Positions 39,630 to 49,448 of a DNA stretch of 64,000 bases are shown here, one piece after another. Position numbers and translations under genes: made by a program. Source of the DNA: an uncultured Verrucomicrobiae bacterium (GTDB taxonomy: Bacteria; Verrucomicrobiota; Verrucomicrobiia; Chthoniobacterales; JAFAMB01); the NCBI GenBank assembly GCA_963762565.1, contig CAVXLD010000001.1:1248001-1312000 (forward strand), given 5' to 3'. Position 1 is the stretch's first letter. Every line of letters begins with the position of its first letter. The notes beneath the pieces are model-generated. The model searched no databases. It was not told the origin of the DNA and was given only the letters and a program-made list of their open reading frames with translations.

Positions 39630-40691
39630 ATGGCAGCAGCAGCATCCCCTCAAATCGGAGCCCATCGTCCGCCGGACGTGAAGGAAGTCCACGTTGTATG
39701 GATGACGACCGGTCTTGGATGCGACGGCGACTCAGTTTCAGTCACCGCCGCTACCTTACCCAGTATCGAAGATGTCGTTATGGGAGCAATTCCCGGTCTC
39801 CCTAAAGTTCATCTGTATAATCCGGTCTTGGCCTATGAAGTTGGCGACGACTTCATGCAGTACTGGTACAAAGCGGCGGAAGGGAAGTTAGATCCGTTTG
39901 TGCTCATAGTGGAAGGTTCAATTCCGAACGAGAAGATTAAAAAAGAAGGCTACTGGGCGGCGCTAGGCACCGACTCGAAAACCGGCCAACCGATAACCAC
40001 CAATGAATGGTTGGACCGCCTTTCGCCTAAAGCATTAGCCATCGTTGCTTGCGGCACCTGCGCTACCTACGGGGGTATCCATGCCATGGAGGGTAACCCG
40101 ACAGGAGCAATGGGAGTGGCGGATTATCTCGGCTGGGATTGGCGCTCAAAAGCTGGTCTTCCGATTATTAATGTCCCTGGTTGTCCGGTCCAGCCCGACA
40201 ACATGATGGAGACCTTGCTTTACCTGCTGTACCAGGTTGCCGGTTTAGCGCCGGTGATACCGTTGGATGACGAGCTCCGACCCAAATGGTTGTTCAGCAA
40301 GACGGTACACGAAGGGTGTGACCGCGGCGGCTACTATGAAGAGGGTGACTTCGCCGACACTTACGGTTCGCCCAAGTGCATCGTGAAACTCGGCTGCTGG
40401 GGGCCGGTTGTTAACTGTAACGTCACCAAACGAGGGTGGATGGACGGGATCGGAGGATGCCCCAACGTAGGCGGCATCTGTATCGGCTGCACTATGCCGG
40501 GTTTTCCGGACCAGTTCATGCCATTTATGAATCCGCCGCCCGGCGCAATGATTTCCTCCGCGGTTTCCGGGGTAACGGGAGGCATTATTCATGCGTTACG
40601 AGAGATCACGCAACGCGCCGCGAATAAGGAGCCCACTTGGCGCCATCCTCGCGCTCAACTAACGACGGGTTATCAACCCACCACCTATTAA
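39630..40691 (+). CDS. hhyS: [NiFe]-hydrogenase small subunit, group 1h-type (no Tat signal)
   Basis: GLGCDGDS, CGTCATYGG, PGCP, HEGCDR, CIVKLGCWGP, CPNVGGICIGC. Confidence 0.93.
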   Translation: MAAAASPQIGAHRPPDVKEVHVVWMTTGLGCDGDSVSVTAATLPSIEDVVMGAIPGLPKVHLYNPVLAYEVGDDFMQYWYKAAEGKLDPFVLIVEGSIPNEKIKKEGYWAALGTDSKTGQPITTNEWLDRLSPKALAIVACGTCATYGGIHAMEGNPTGAMGVADYLGWDWRSKAGLPIINVPGCPVQPDNMMETLLYLLYQVAGLAPVIPLDDELRPKWLFSKTVHEGCDRGGYYEEGDFADTYGSPKCIVKLGCWGPVVNCNVTKRGWMDGIGGCPNVGGICIGCTMPGFPDQFMPFMNPPPGAMISSAVSGVTGGIIHALREITQRAANKEPTWRHPRAQLTTGYQPTTY

Positions 40692-40737
40692 CCCTCTGCC
40701 GTCCAACCAAAATTTCGCCAACCGAAGGAACTAACCA

Positions 40738-42543
40738 ATGTCAGTTGCAACTGCTCCCGTTAAGGGAACCAAGTCTCACCCGGAAAATATCGTGGAAATG
40801 TCTTGGGATCCGATTACCCGGATCGTTGGAAGTTTGGGCATTTTTACGAAAATTGATTTTGCTAACAAAAAGGTGGTCGAGTGTCACAGCACATCTTCCA
40901 TCTTCCGGGGGTACAGCATTTTCATGAAAAACAAAGATCCCCGCGATGCGCATTTCATTACTAGCCGTATCTGTGGGATCTGCGGTGATAATCACTGCAC
41001 CTGCTCGATCTACGCCCAGAACATGGCTTACGGAATTAAGCCACCCCCAATGGCGGAGTGGATCCTGAATCTGGGTGAGGCGGCCGAATACATGTTCGAT
41101 CACAATATTTTCCAGGACAATCTGGTGGGGGTCGATTTTTGCGAGAAGATGGTGCGCGAAACCAATCCTAGCGTTTGGGAGAAAGCCAAGACCACAGATT
41201 CGCCTCACGCTGCCGATCATGGATACCGCAAGATATCGGATATCATGACGGCGCTGAACCCGTTCGAAGGCGAATTCTATCGCGAGACCTTGCAAGTAAG
41301 CCGGATGACACGTGAAATGTTCTGCCTGATGGAAGGGCGCCATGTGCATCCGTCGACCTTGTATCCGGGTGGTGTCGGCACGGTGCCATCGGTACAATTG
41401 TTTACCGATTTTCTCGTTCGGTTGATGAAATATATCGAGTTCATGAAGCGATGCGTACCGCTGCATGACGATCTCTTCGATTTCTTCTACGAAGCGTTAC
41501 CTGGTTACGAGCAAGTTGGTTTCCGCCGGACGCTCATGGGCTGCTGGGGATCTTTCCAGGATCCTGACGTCTGTGATTACAACTACAAGACGATGGATAA
41601 GTGGGGGAAGGCAATGTTTGTTACCCCCGGAATCATCGTCGACGGAGAGTTAGTAACCACGAATCTGGTCGACATCAACGTCGGGCTACGAATCTTGCTC
41701 GGCTCTTCCTATTACGAAGATTGGGATAAGAGCGAAACCTTTGTTAAGCAAGATCCGCTGGGCAATCCGATCGATCAACATCATCCGTGGAATCAAACCA
41801 CGATTCCAAAACCGCAGAAGCGTGATTTCGCTGGGAACTACACCTGGGTGATGTCACCACGCTGGCTTGATAAACGGACTGGAGACCATCTGGCGTTAGA
41901 CACTGGCGGCGGGCCTCTACCTCGTCTCTGGGTGACGGCCATGGCCGGCCTGGTGGATTGCGGTTATGTCAAGTCTACTGGACATAGCGTTAAGATTATC
42001 CTCCCGAAAACCGCGATGAAGCCGGAGGTCGAGTTGGAGTGGAAGATTCCGAAATGGAGCAATGCACTCGAACGGGATCGGGCTCGCACTTATTTCCAAG
42101 CTTATTCCGCAGCCGTGGCGATGCATTTCGTGGAGAAAGCGATGAAAGAACTACATGCTGGCCGTACCGAAACGTTCACGCCATTCAAAGTGCCGAGCGA
42201 AGCGATCGGGTGCGGGTTCCATGAGGCTGTCCGCGGTGTGCTCTCGCATCACCTCGTGATTCGAAACGGTAAAATAGCTAACTATCATCCGTATCCGCCG
42301 ACGTGCTGGAATGCTAATCCCCGGGATGTATACGGTACCCCTGGCCCCTACGAAGATGCCGTGCAGAATACGCCGATCTTCGAAGAGAACGGGCCCGATA
42401 AGTTTAAGGGAATCGATATTATGCGGGCGGTACGCAGCTTCGATCCCTGCTTACCATGCGGGGTCCACATGTACTTAGGCGATGGCAAGGTAGTGGAACA
42501 GATGCACACCCCAACCGTGTACGCTGGACTCGCCAAAAAATGA
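40738..42543 (+). CDS. hhyL: [NiFe]-hydrogenase large subunit, group 1h-type
   Basis: L1 TSRICGICGDNH, L2 SFDPCLPCGVH, N-terminal WDPITRIVGSLGI. Confidence 0.95.
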   Translation: MSVATAPVKGTKSHPENIVEMSWDPITRIVGSLGIFTKIDFANKKVVECHSTSSIFRGYSIFMKNKDPRDAHFITSRICGICGDNHCTCSIYAQNMAYGIKPPPMAEWILNLGEAAEYMFDHNIFQDNLVGVDFCEKMVRETNPSVWEKAKTTDSPHAADHGYRKISDIMTALNPFEGEFYRETLQVSRMTREMFCLMEGRHVHPSTLYPGGVGTVPSVQLFTDFLVRLMKYIEFMKRCVPLHDDLFDFFYEALPGYEQVGFRRTLMGCWGSFQDPDVCDYNYKTMDKWGKAMFVTPGIIVDGELVTTNLVDINVGLRILLGSSYYEDWDKSETFVKQDPLGNPIDQHHPWNQTTIPKPQKRDFAGNYTWVMSPRWLDKRTGDHLALDTGGGPLPRLWVTAMAGLVDCGYVKSTGHSVKIILPKTAMKPEVELEWKIPKWSNALERDRARTYFQAYSAAVAMHFVEKAMKELHAGRTETFTPFKVPSEAIGCGFHEAVRGVLSHHLVIRNGKIANYHPYPPTCWNANPRDVYGTPGPYEDAVQNTPIFEENGPDKFKGIDIMRAVRSFDPCLPCGVHMYLGDGKVVEQMHTPTVYAGLAKK

Positions 42544-42570
42544 GGGCTCCCGCTACGCTAACAACGGCGT

Positions 42571-42628
42571 CGGCCTCGCACCTGTCGCGCCGTAGTTTGG
42601 CGAAGGCGGAAGCGAGGCGCGCTCCACG
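42571..42628. repeat. REP palindrome (family E) split by the 30-bp mini-element at 42581-42610
   Basis: CGGCCTCGCA|insert|AGCGAGGCGCGCTCCACG versus intact copies at 13607, 49373 and 54421. Confidence 0.8.
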
Positions 42629-42640
42629 GAAAGAAAGGCT

Positions 42641-43315
42641 ATGATTCAACAAATCGAAGCGGTCCCAGAAGAGATCTACGACATTGAACTTGAACATAGC
42701 CTTTTAGAAGCAAACGCAAAACTTGCCCAAGAAAACCGGAACGAACTCGATCGCCGCGGGGTGACGGCGATCGATGTAATGGGAGCGATTGGATCCGGTA
42801 AAACGACACTGATCACGCGTCTGGTAGGAAGATTAAAGGATCGATTTGGAGTCGCCGTATTTAACGGCGATGCCACCACGAGTAACGATGCCGACCAGAT
42901 CGCCAGTCAGAGTGTACCTGTAGTCCAGATCGCCACCGTCAACGGCTGCCATCTGGACGCTAACCTGGTTGGGAAAGCTCTGCGGAAGATAACCTTAGAC
43001 AATTTGCGGCTGATCTTTATCGAAAACATTGGCAACCTGATCTGTCCCGCCGAGTTTCCGTTAGGCTCGAAAGCCCGAGTAGTAGTGGTCAGTGTTACCG
43101 AAGGTCCTTACATGGTCAGGAAACATCCTCACATGTTTATGGGAGCGCAGTTAGTTGTGATCAATAAGATCGATCTGGCTGAGGCCATGGAAGTCAGCGT
43201 GGCGGATTTAACCCAGGATGTTCACCGGTTAAAGCCTGACCTGACGGTGATTCCGACGAGCTGTAAGACCGGCGCTGGGCTCGATGAGGTAATGGCAGCA
43301 CTGCTCGCGGTGTGA
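42641..43315 (+). CDS. hypB: Hydrogenase nickel-insertion GTPase
   Basis: GAIGSGKT, GCHLDA, ENIGNLICP, NKID. Confidence 0.95.
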   Translation: MIQQIEAVPEEIYDIELEHSLLEANAKLAQENRNELDRRGVTAIDVMGAIGSGKTTLITRLVGRLKDRFGVAVFNGDATTSNDADQIASQSVPVVQIATVNGCHLDANLVGKALRKITLDNLRLIFIENIGNLICPAEFPLGSKARVVVVSVTEGPYMVRKHPHMFMGAQLVVINKIDLAEAMEVSVADLTQDVHRLKPDLTVIPTSCKTGAGLDEVMAALLAV

Positions 43316-43329
43316 AAAATGATCCGCCG

Positions 43330-43731
43330 ATGCATGAGTTATCCATCGCCTCGGCGGTAGTCGACAGCGTGCTCGAGTTTGTGACTGAACGCTCCGTAAA
43401 AAGAGTGATCTCAGTCAAACTGGCGGTTGGCGAGTTGACCCAGGTAGAAGAAGAACAACTCCGTTTCTCCTACATGGCGATTACCCAGGAAACGCCGATC
43501 CAAGACTCAGAATTAGAAATCGAACGGATCCCAGCCGTAGTGCGGTGTCAGGAGTGTGGCTATTCTGGGCGCCCGAAGTATTGGGAGGACGCCCTCGCGG
43601 TCGCACCGATACCAACCATGCAATGTCCTGATTGCGGAGGCACGGTCGAGCCCGTGGAAGGAAACGATTGCGCGATCAGATCGATCCGGTTCGCGACTGA
43701 AGATAACGGTATGGCCGTTCCGGCTGCCTGA
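43330..43731 (+). CDS. hypA: Hydrogenase nickel chaperone
   Basis: MHELSIA, CQEC...CPDC. Confidence 0.93.
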   Translation: MHELSIASAVVDSVLEFVTERSVKRVISVKLAVGELTQVEEEQLRFSYMAITQETPIQDSELEIERIPAVVRCQECGYSGRPKYWEDALAVAPIPTMQCPDCGGTVEPVEGNDCAIRSIRFATEDNGMAVPAA

Positions 43732-43739
43732 AACTTTTT

Positions 43740-44666
43740 ATGGAAGGAAATCTTAACGTGCCGAGTAGCAACGGAAACTCGGAGACGAGTTCGCAGTCCG
43801 GAGGGTCAGCCGGCGATATCAATGCGCATGGCGATCGCATTCAGCGGCTTCTCGAACGAGTGGAAGCATTGCCGTATCCCGGTGCCAGAGAACTCATTCA
43901 CGAATGCATGGAGGCGGTGCTGGCATTTTACGGAGTCGGGTTGCAGCGGATTCTGCAAGTAGTAAGCGGAGATGGCGCGGAGGGCCGCAAGGTCTACCGT
44001 GACTTAATTCATGACGATGTGGTGAGAGGATTGCTTCTGATTCATGACCTCCATCCAGCGGACTTGGAGACCCGCCTGCGAGAAGCTTTAGATAAAGTGC
44101 GGCCCTATTTGAAGAGCCATGGCGGTAACGTTGAGCTGATTAGCCTGCAAAACGATATCGCCAGGTTGCGGTTACAGGGCACTTGTGAAAGCTGCGCTTC
44201 ATCTTCGGTGACCCTGGAACTCGCGATCCGCCATGCGATCGAGCAGGCCTGTCCCGACTTGGCGCACTTTGAGGTTGAAGGTATGCAAGACAAACCGGCG
44301 GCTTCACTAGTAGCGCAGCGCAAGGTTACTGATTGGACGGTCATAAAGAGCGCACATCAGCTCGAAGAAGGAGCTTGGATGCCGGTTCGGCTAGGGGACA
44401 CTCGGCTGGTAGTGTGCAAGCTCAATGGAACGCTTTACGCTTATCGCAATCGTTGTCCGGCCTGTAATATGCCGCTGGACACGGGCACCTTTGCCGCCGG
44501 TTTTCTCTCCTGCGCATTGAATCACCGCTACGATGTGATCCATGCGGGCCAATGCGCGGAAGTCCCTAGCGCACATCTCGATCCTCTTCCCCTTTTGATC
44601 CAGAACAGCGTCGTGAAAGTGGCGCTCACGCGAGAGGTCGCGGATGCAGCCGCAGAAACCGTTTAG
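43740..44666 (+). CDS. NifU-like domain + Rieske-like domain protein
   Basis: VRPYLKSHGGNVEL...GTCESC; C-terminal RCPAC...SCALNH. Confidence 0.85.
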   Translation: MEGNLNVPSSNGNSETSSQSGGSAGDINAHGDRIQRLLERVEALPYPGARELIHECMEAVLAFYGVGLQRILQVVSGDGAEGRKVYRDLIHDDVVRGLLLIHDLHPADLETRLREALDKVRPYLKSHGGNVELISLQNDIARLRLQGTCESCASSSVTLELAIRHAIEQACPDLAHFEVEGMQDKPAASLVAQRKVTDWTVIKSAHQLEEGAWMPVRLGDTRLVVCKLNGTLYAYRNRCPACNMPLDTGTFAAGFLSCALNHRYDVIHAGQCAEVPSAHLDPLPLLIQNSVVKVALTREVADAAAETV

Positions 44667-44691
44667 CCAAAAACTTCAGCCAGCGGATCCG

Positions 44692-46989
44692 ATGGAGTTT
44701 GCGCGGGCCAAGATCACCATACATGGTGCGGTACAGGGCGTCGGCTTCCGTCCGTTCGTTTACCGGCTAGCGATGCAGCTCCACTTAAATGGGTGGGTGT
44801 TGAACTCTTCCCAAGGTGTATTCATTGAAGTCGAGGGCCGGGTTAACCTCCTTCAGACTTTTCTGGCCCGGCTCGAAAAGGAGAAACCTCCGCTGGCCAT
44901 TATTCAGAGCTTAGAATGCTCCTTTCTCGAGGCGGAGGGCTATGAAGGGTTCGAAATTCGTTATAGCGAACAGACCGGGCAAAAAACCGCCCTGATTCTT
45001 CCCGACATCGCGATTTGCGCGGATTGCTTGCGCGAAATATTTGATCCAACAAACCGGCGGTATCGGTATCCGTTCACGAACTGCACGAACTGCGGTCCGC
45101 GATTCAGCATTATCGAAGAACTGCCGTACGACCGTCCGCACACGTCGATGAGGCGATTCCAGCAATGTCCGGAATGTGAAACGGAATATCACGATCCCCT
45201 CGACCGGCGGTTTCATGCGCAACCGAATGCCTGCCCCAAATGCGGCCCACATCTTGAATTATGGGATGGGCAGGGAAACGTTTTAGCCCGGGAAGACACG
45301 GCGTTGCGAAGAGCGGCGGAATTGATTGGCCAGGGAAAGATCCTGGCCTTGAAAGGAATTGGAGGTTTTCAACTGATCTCCAGCGCCCAAGACGAGGACA
45401 TTGTACGACGGCTACGTGAGCGGAAGCGGCGGGAAGGAAAGCCCTTTGCCTTGATGTATCCTTCCTTGGACCAAGTTAAGCGGGATTGTCTCGTTTCGAA
45501 TCTGGAAGAGCGCTTACTCGGTTCGCCCGAATCACCCATCGTATTACTGACGCGCCAGGTTGGCAGTTCGGCCATCGCTGCCTCCGTGGCGCCTGGCAAC
45601 CCCAGTTTGGGCGTGATGTTACCCTACACGCCGTTCCATCACCTGTTACTCACTGAGCTCGGATTCCCGGTGATTGCCACCAGTGGAAATTTAGCAAACG
45701 AGCCGATTTGCATTGATGAAAATGAAGCTCTGGAACGGTTGAGAGGAATCGCCGATTTCTTCGTGGTTCACGACCGGCCGATCGTCCGGCATGTCGATGA
45801 TTCCATCGCCCGCGTGGTTTGTAACCGTCAGATGGTGTTGAGACGGGCGCGAGGCTATGCGCCGTTGCCCGTGCGCATGAACGAAGCCGTGCCTTCCGTT
45901 CTGGCAGTAGGCGGGCATTTGAAGAACACCGTCGCCTTGAGCGTCGGTCGAGACGTCTTCATCAGCCAGCACATCGGCGATTTAGAGACGCCCGCCGCCT
46001 TGGCCGCTTTTCAGCGGACGGTCGCGGATCTACCTCGACTTTACGACGCAGAGCCGGGTTTGATCGCGTGTGATTTGCACCCTGATTACCTCTCCACCAA
46101 ATATGCGGCCGGCGCCCATGCAAAGGTAGAACGAGTTCAGCACCATTGGGCTCACGTGCTGGCTTGTATGGCGGAAAATGAGTTGGAAGCGCCCCTGCTC
46201 GGAGTGTCTTGGGACGGCACGGGATACGGAACCGATGGGACTATCTGGGGCGGCGAATTTCTGCTGGCAACCGAGGATTCATTTCAACGGGTGGCCCATT
46301 TCGGGCAATTCCGTTTACCTGGAGGCGAGATGGCGGTGCGGGAACCGCGCCGGACTGCGTTGGCCCTCCTACACAAGATCTGGGGAGAAAATGGTTTCGA
46401 GGATCGCCACCTGGCGCCGGTGGCTGAGTTTTCAAAAAAAGAGCTCGGGCTTATCCAACAAATGCTGGCGAAGGGACTCAACGCGCCGATAACATCTAGC
46501 GTAGGGCGATTATTTGATGGGGTGGCCGCCTTGGTTGGTGTCCGGCAACAAGTCACGTTTGAAGGCCAGGCCGCTATGGAGTTAGAGGCACTCGTCGATC
46601 CCAGCGTCACCGATCTTTACCCGTTTGAGCTTAGTAACGGTGTTCCACAGATCATCGATTGGGCGCCCATGATTGGTGAGATCTTGATCGATCTGCGGCG
46701 AGGAGCACCGGTTGGGTCCATCTCTGCAAAATTTCACAATACCCTGGCAGAAATCATCGTGGCGATCGGCCAACAGATAGTAACGCCGAAAATAGTACTG
46801 ACTGGCGGATGCTTCCAAAACCGGTATCTTCTTGAACAGTCCGTTCAGCGTCTCTCCCAGGCCGGTTTTAAGCCATATTGGCACCAGCGTGTACCCACGA
46901 ATGATGGCGGTATCGCGTTGGGACAAGTAGCCGCTGCCGCCCGTGCTAGCCGCCGGATGGTCAACGTTGAAGGAGTCGAAACCCGATGA
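44692..46989 (+). CDS. hypF: Carbamoyltransferase HypF
   Basis: GAVQGVGFRPF, two zinc fingers, KGIGGF, QHHWAH, DGTGYG, NDGGIALGQ; alternative start 44644. Confidence 0.97.
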   Translation: MEFARAKITIHGAVQGVGFRPFVYRLAMQLHLNGWVLNSSQGVFIEVEGRVNLLQTFLARLEKEKPPLAIIQSLECSFLEAEGYEGFEIRYSEQTGQKTALILPDIAICADCLREIFDPTNRRYRYPFTNCTNCGPRFSIIEELPYDRPHTSMRRFQQCPECETEYHDPLDRRFHAQPNACPKCGPHLELWDGQGNVLAREDTALRRAAELIGQGKILALKGIGGFQLISSAQDEDIVRRLRERKRREGKPFALMYPSLDQVKRDCLVSNLEERLLGSPESPIVLLTRQVGSSAIAASVAPGNPSLGVMLPYTPFHHLLLTELGFPVIATSGNLANEPICIDENEALERLRGIADFFVVHDRPIVRHVDDSIARVVCNRQMVLRRARGYAPLPVRMNEAVPSVLAVGGHLKNTVALSVGRDVFISQHIGDLETPAALAAFQRTVADLPRLYDAEPGLIACDLHPDYLSTKYAAGAHAKVERVQHHWAHVLACMAENELEAPLLGVSWDGTGYGTDGTIWGGEFLLATEDSFQRVAHFGQFRLPGGEMAVREPRRTALALLHKIWGENGFEDRHLAPVAEFSKKELGLIQQMLAKGLNAPITSSVGRLFDGVAALVGVRQQVTFEGQAAMELEALVDPSVTDLYPFELSNGVPQIIDWAPMIGEILIDLRRGAPVGSISAKFHNTLAEIIVAIGQQIVTPKIVLTGGCFQNRYLLEQSVQRLSQAGFKPYWHQRVPTNDGGIALGQVAAAARASRRMVNVEGVETR

Positions 46990-47303
46990 ACCTGCTCTTC
47001 GGCCAAATCGTCGACATGTTCTCAGAAGACGGGATGTGGTTTGGTAAAATCCGGGTCGGCGGCGCTTTTAAGAAAATCTCTCTAGAACTTATAGAAGAAG
47101 CTCAGATCGGAGATCGAGTCCTGGTTTGCGACGGTATCGCGCTGAGCAAGGAGGAACCGATTGAACCGCTTTCCGAGCAGCTCTCATCCGCTAGGCAAGA
47201 GCGGCACGCCAACCCTCCAATACTCCAGCACTCCAACACTCCACCCGCCGAACTCGAGGGCGCCACCGAAGCGCTTAACGAGCCGGTCCAAGGATTTTTT
47301 TAA
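46986..47303 (+). CDS. Divergent HypC/HupF-like protein lacking the N-terminal Cys
   Basis: GDRVLVCDGIALSK resembles the Hyp[13 protein letters not shown]; tail reads through an 8-mer repeat (PPILQHSNTP). Confidence 0.7.
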   Translation: MNLLFGQIVDMFSEDGMWFGKIRVGGAFKKISLELIEEAQIGDRVLVCDGIALSKEEPIEPLSEQLSSARQERHANPPILQHSNTPPAELEGATEALNEPVQGFF

Positions 47304-47311
47304 ACAAAACT

Positions 47312-47566
47312 ATGTGTCTAGCAATACCGGGTAAACTCATCGAAATCTCGCAAGACGCACAAGGCGTCAGAATGGGAAAGGCGAACTTTGGCGGTATCGT
47401 CAAACAGGTCTGTTTGGAATACACGCCGGAAGTGAACACGGGTGACTATGTCTTAGTGCACGTCGGGTTTGCGCTAGGCAAGGTTGATGAAGAAGAAGCG
47501 GCGCGCACGTACCGGCTTCTGGAAGAAATGAATCAGTTGAGTGAACTCGAAGTACCAGACGTGTGA
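47312..47566 (+). CDS. hypC: Hydrogenase chaperone HypC
   Basis: [19 protein letters not shown]. Confidence 0.96.
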   Translation: MCLAIPGKLIEISQDAQGVRMGKANFGGIVKQVCLEYTPEVNTGDYVLVHVGFALGKVDEEEAARTYRLLEEMNQLSELEVPDV

Positions 47567-47586
47567 GTTCCGCCCAGAGGCTGCGT

Positions 47587-48741
47587 ATGAAATATCTTGA
47601 CGAATATCGAAACGAAGAGCTGGCCCAGAAGGTGGTCGGCGAAATCCGTCGCGCCGTTACCCGGCCCTGGGTATTGATGGAGGTTTGCGGCGGTCAGACC
47701 CATACCATCGTGAAATATGGGATTGACCACATGCTGCCTCCAGAAGTTGAACTGGTGCACGGCCCCGGTTGCCCGGTATGCGTGACTTCGCTGGAGATGA
47801 TTGATAAGGCGCACGCGATCGCGCGCCGTCCAGACGTGATCTTCACCTCGTTTGGCGATATGCTCAGAGTTCCCGGCTCTGACGGCGACCTATTGGTGCT
47901 CAAGTCACGAGGCGCCGATATTCGCGTGGTCTATTCGCCGATCGATGCGCTCAAAATCGCACGAGCGAATCCGGATAAGAAAGTCGTGTTCTTCGCCATC
48001 GGATTTGAGACCACGGCACCCGGCAATGCTATGGCAGTTTGGCAAGCGCGTAAGCAAGGCATCAAAAACTTCTCGGTCCTGGTTTCCCATGTTTTGGTCC
48101 CCCCTGCCATCGCTTCCATCCTGCAGTCGTCTTTCAATCGGGTGCAAGGATTCTTGGGACCCGGGCACGTCTGCACGGTCATGGGGTATCGAGAATACGA
48201 GCCGATCGCCGAGCGTTTTCATGTTCCCATTGTGATTACCGGGTTCGAGCCTTTGGATATCCTCGAAGGCGTCCTCATGACGGTTCGGCAGCTAGAGGAA
48301 GGGAAATGGGACGTTGAGAATCAATATCCTCGCGTGGTGCAACGGGACGGTAATGTCATAGCTCAAGATCTGGTCAATCAGGTCTTCGAGATTGGTGACC
48401 GCAAGTGGCGTGGTGTGGGGTCGATCCCAAAGAGCGGTTACAAGCTCCGCTACGAAATGCGAGATCACGATGCGGAACGAATTTTTGAGGTCGAAGAAAT
48501 CGACACCAAAGAACCGGATATTTGTATCAGCGGTCTGGTGTTGAGAGGAGTGAAGAAACCGCACGACTGCCCGGCTTTCGGTACCCTGTGCAATCCGGAA
48601 CATCCGCTGGGTGCAACCATGGTTTCGGCTGAAGGCGCTTGCGCCGCTTACTATGCCTACGGCCGTCATTTGGAACAACCGAAGCGGCGGAGCGCTGCGG
48701 CGGAAGGCGCAGCCGTTCAAGAAACCTCCGGCGTAACATGA
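47587..48741 (+). CDS. hypD: Hydrogenase maturation protein HypD
   Basis: [33 protein letters not shown]. Confidence 0.97.
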   Translation: MKYLDEYRNEELAQKVVGEIRRAVTRPWVLMEVCGGQTHTIVKYGIDHMLPPEVELVHGPGCPVCVTSLEMIDKAHAIARRPDVIFTSFGDMLRVPGSDGDLLVLKSRGADIRVVYSPIDALKIARANPDKKVVFFAIGFETTAPGNAMAVWQARKQGIKNFSVLVSHVLVPPAIASILQSSFNRVQGFLGPGHVCTVMGYREYEPIAERFHVPIVITGFEPLDILEGVLMTVRQLEEGKWDVENQYPRVVQRDGNVIAQDLVNQVFEIGDRKWRGVGSIPKSGYKLRYEMRDHDAERIFEVEEIDTKEPDICISGLVLRGVKKPHDCPAFGTLCNPEHPLGATMVSAEGACAAYYAYGRHLEQPKRRSAAAEGAAVQETSGVT

Positions 48742-49370
48742 GCACGACCCATCAGAGCGGGACCATCGTCGATAAAACGACTGAAAGCTTTCGCGACAAA
48801 GTCATTCGTAAGTGCGGCGAAAGCGTCGAGATGAAGGAAAAATTTTTTAACAAATACGCTGAGCCGCTCGAAGCGATGTCACGGGATATGGCGGAACACT
48901 TTCAGCATGGCGGCCGGCTTTTCGTCATGGGTAACGGTGGCAGCCTTTGCGACGCCTTACACATGTGCGTCGAGTTTAACCATCCGATCATCGAAAAACG
49001 GGCAGCGTTTCCGGTGATTCCGCTGATGACCGATATCGCGACCATGACCGCAATTGGCAACGATATCGATTTCACCCGAGTTTTCGTTAACCAGCTTCGC
49101 CTGTTGAGCTTGCCGGGTGACATGGCCATGGTCTTCAGCACCAGCGGCAAATCGCCGAACCTAATCTATGCGCTGCAAGCCGCGAGGGAAAAAGAGATGT
49201 TAACGATCGCCTTCGCCGGCAAAGATGGCGGCCGATTTCCCGATATCGCCGATTACTGTTTCATTGTGCCGTCTTACAGTATTCATCGGATCCAGGAGGT
49301 ACACGCCACGGCGGTGCATGTTGTCTGGGACCTGGTTCACATCGCTTTGGGCGCAGAGGACGTGACGTAA
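48738..49370 (+). CDS. SIS-domain protein, GmhA/phosphoheptose isomerase-like
   Basis: GNGGS, TAIGND, STSGKS.N, HRIQE.H; ATGA overlap with hypD. Confidence 0.88.
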   Translation: MSTTHQSGTIVDKTTESFRDKVIRKCGESVEMKEKFFNKYAEPLEAMSRDMAEHFQHGGRLFVMGNGGSLCDALHMCVEFNHPIIEKRAAFPVIPLMTDIATMTAIGNDIDFTRVFVNQLRLLSLPGDMAMVFSTSGKSPNLIYALQAAREKEMLTIAFAGKDGGRFPDIADYCFIVPSYSIHRIQEVHATAVHVVWDLVHIALGAEDVT

Positions 49371-49372
49371 CG

Positions 49373-49434
49373 TGGAGGGCGCCTCGCTTGCGAGGGCCCG
49401 TGGTCGGTCGGCCTCGCAAGCGAGGCGCCCTCCA
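49373..49434. repeat. REP doublet, family E
   Basis: 23-bp perfect IR TGGAGGGCGCCTCGCTTGCGAGG. Confidence 0.85.
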
Positions 49435-49448
49435 AGGTTCGGAATCTT

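Noticed and set aside
18759..41466. Long antisense ORFs in the track (e.g. 18759-19493, 34548-35150, 40741-41466)
   Set aside because: Shadow frames of well-supported genes with no recognisable motifs
40738..42543. Selenocysteine ([NiFeSe]) hydrogenase
   Set aside because: All four ligands are Cys codons; no in-frame TGA
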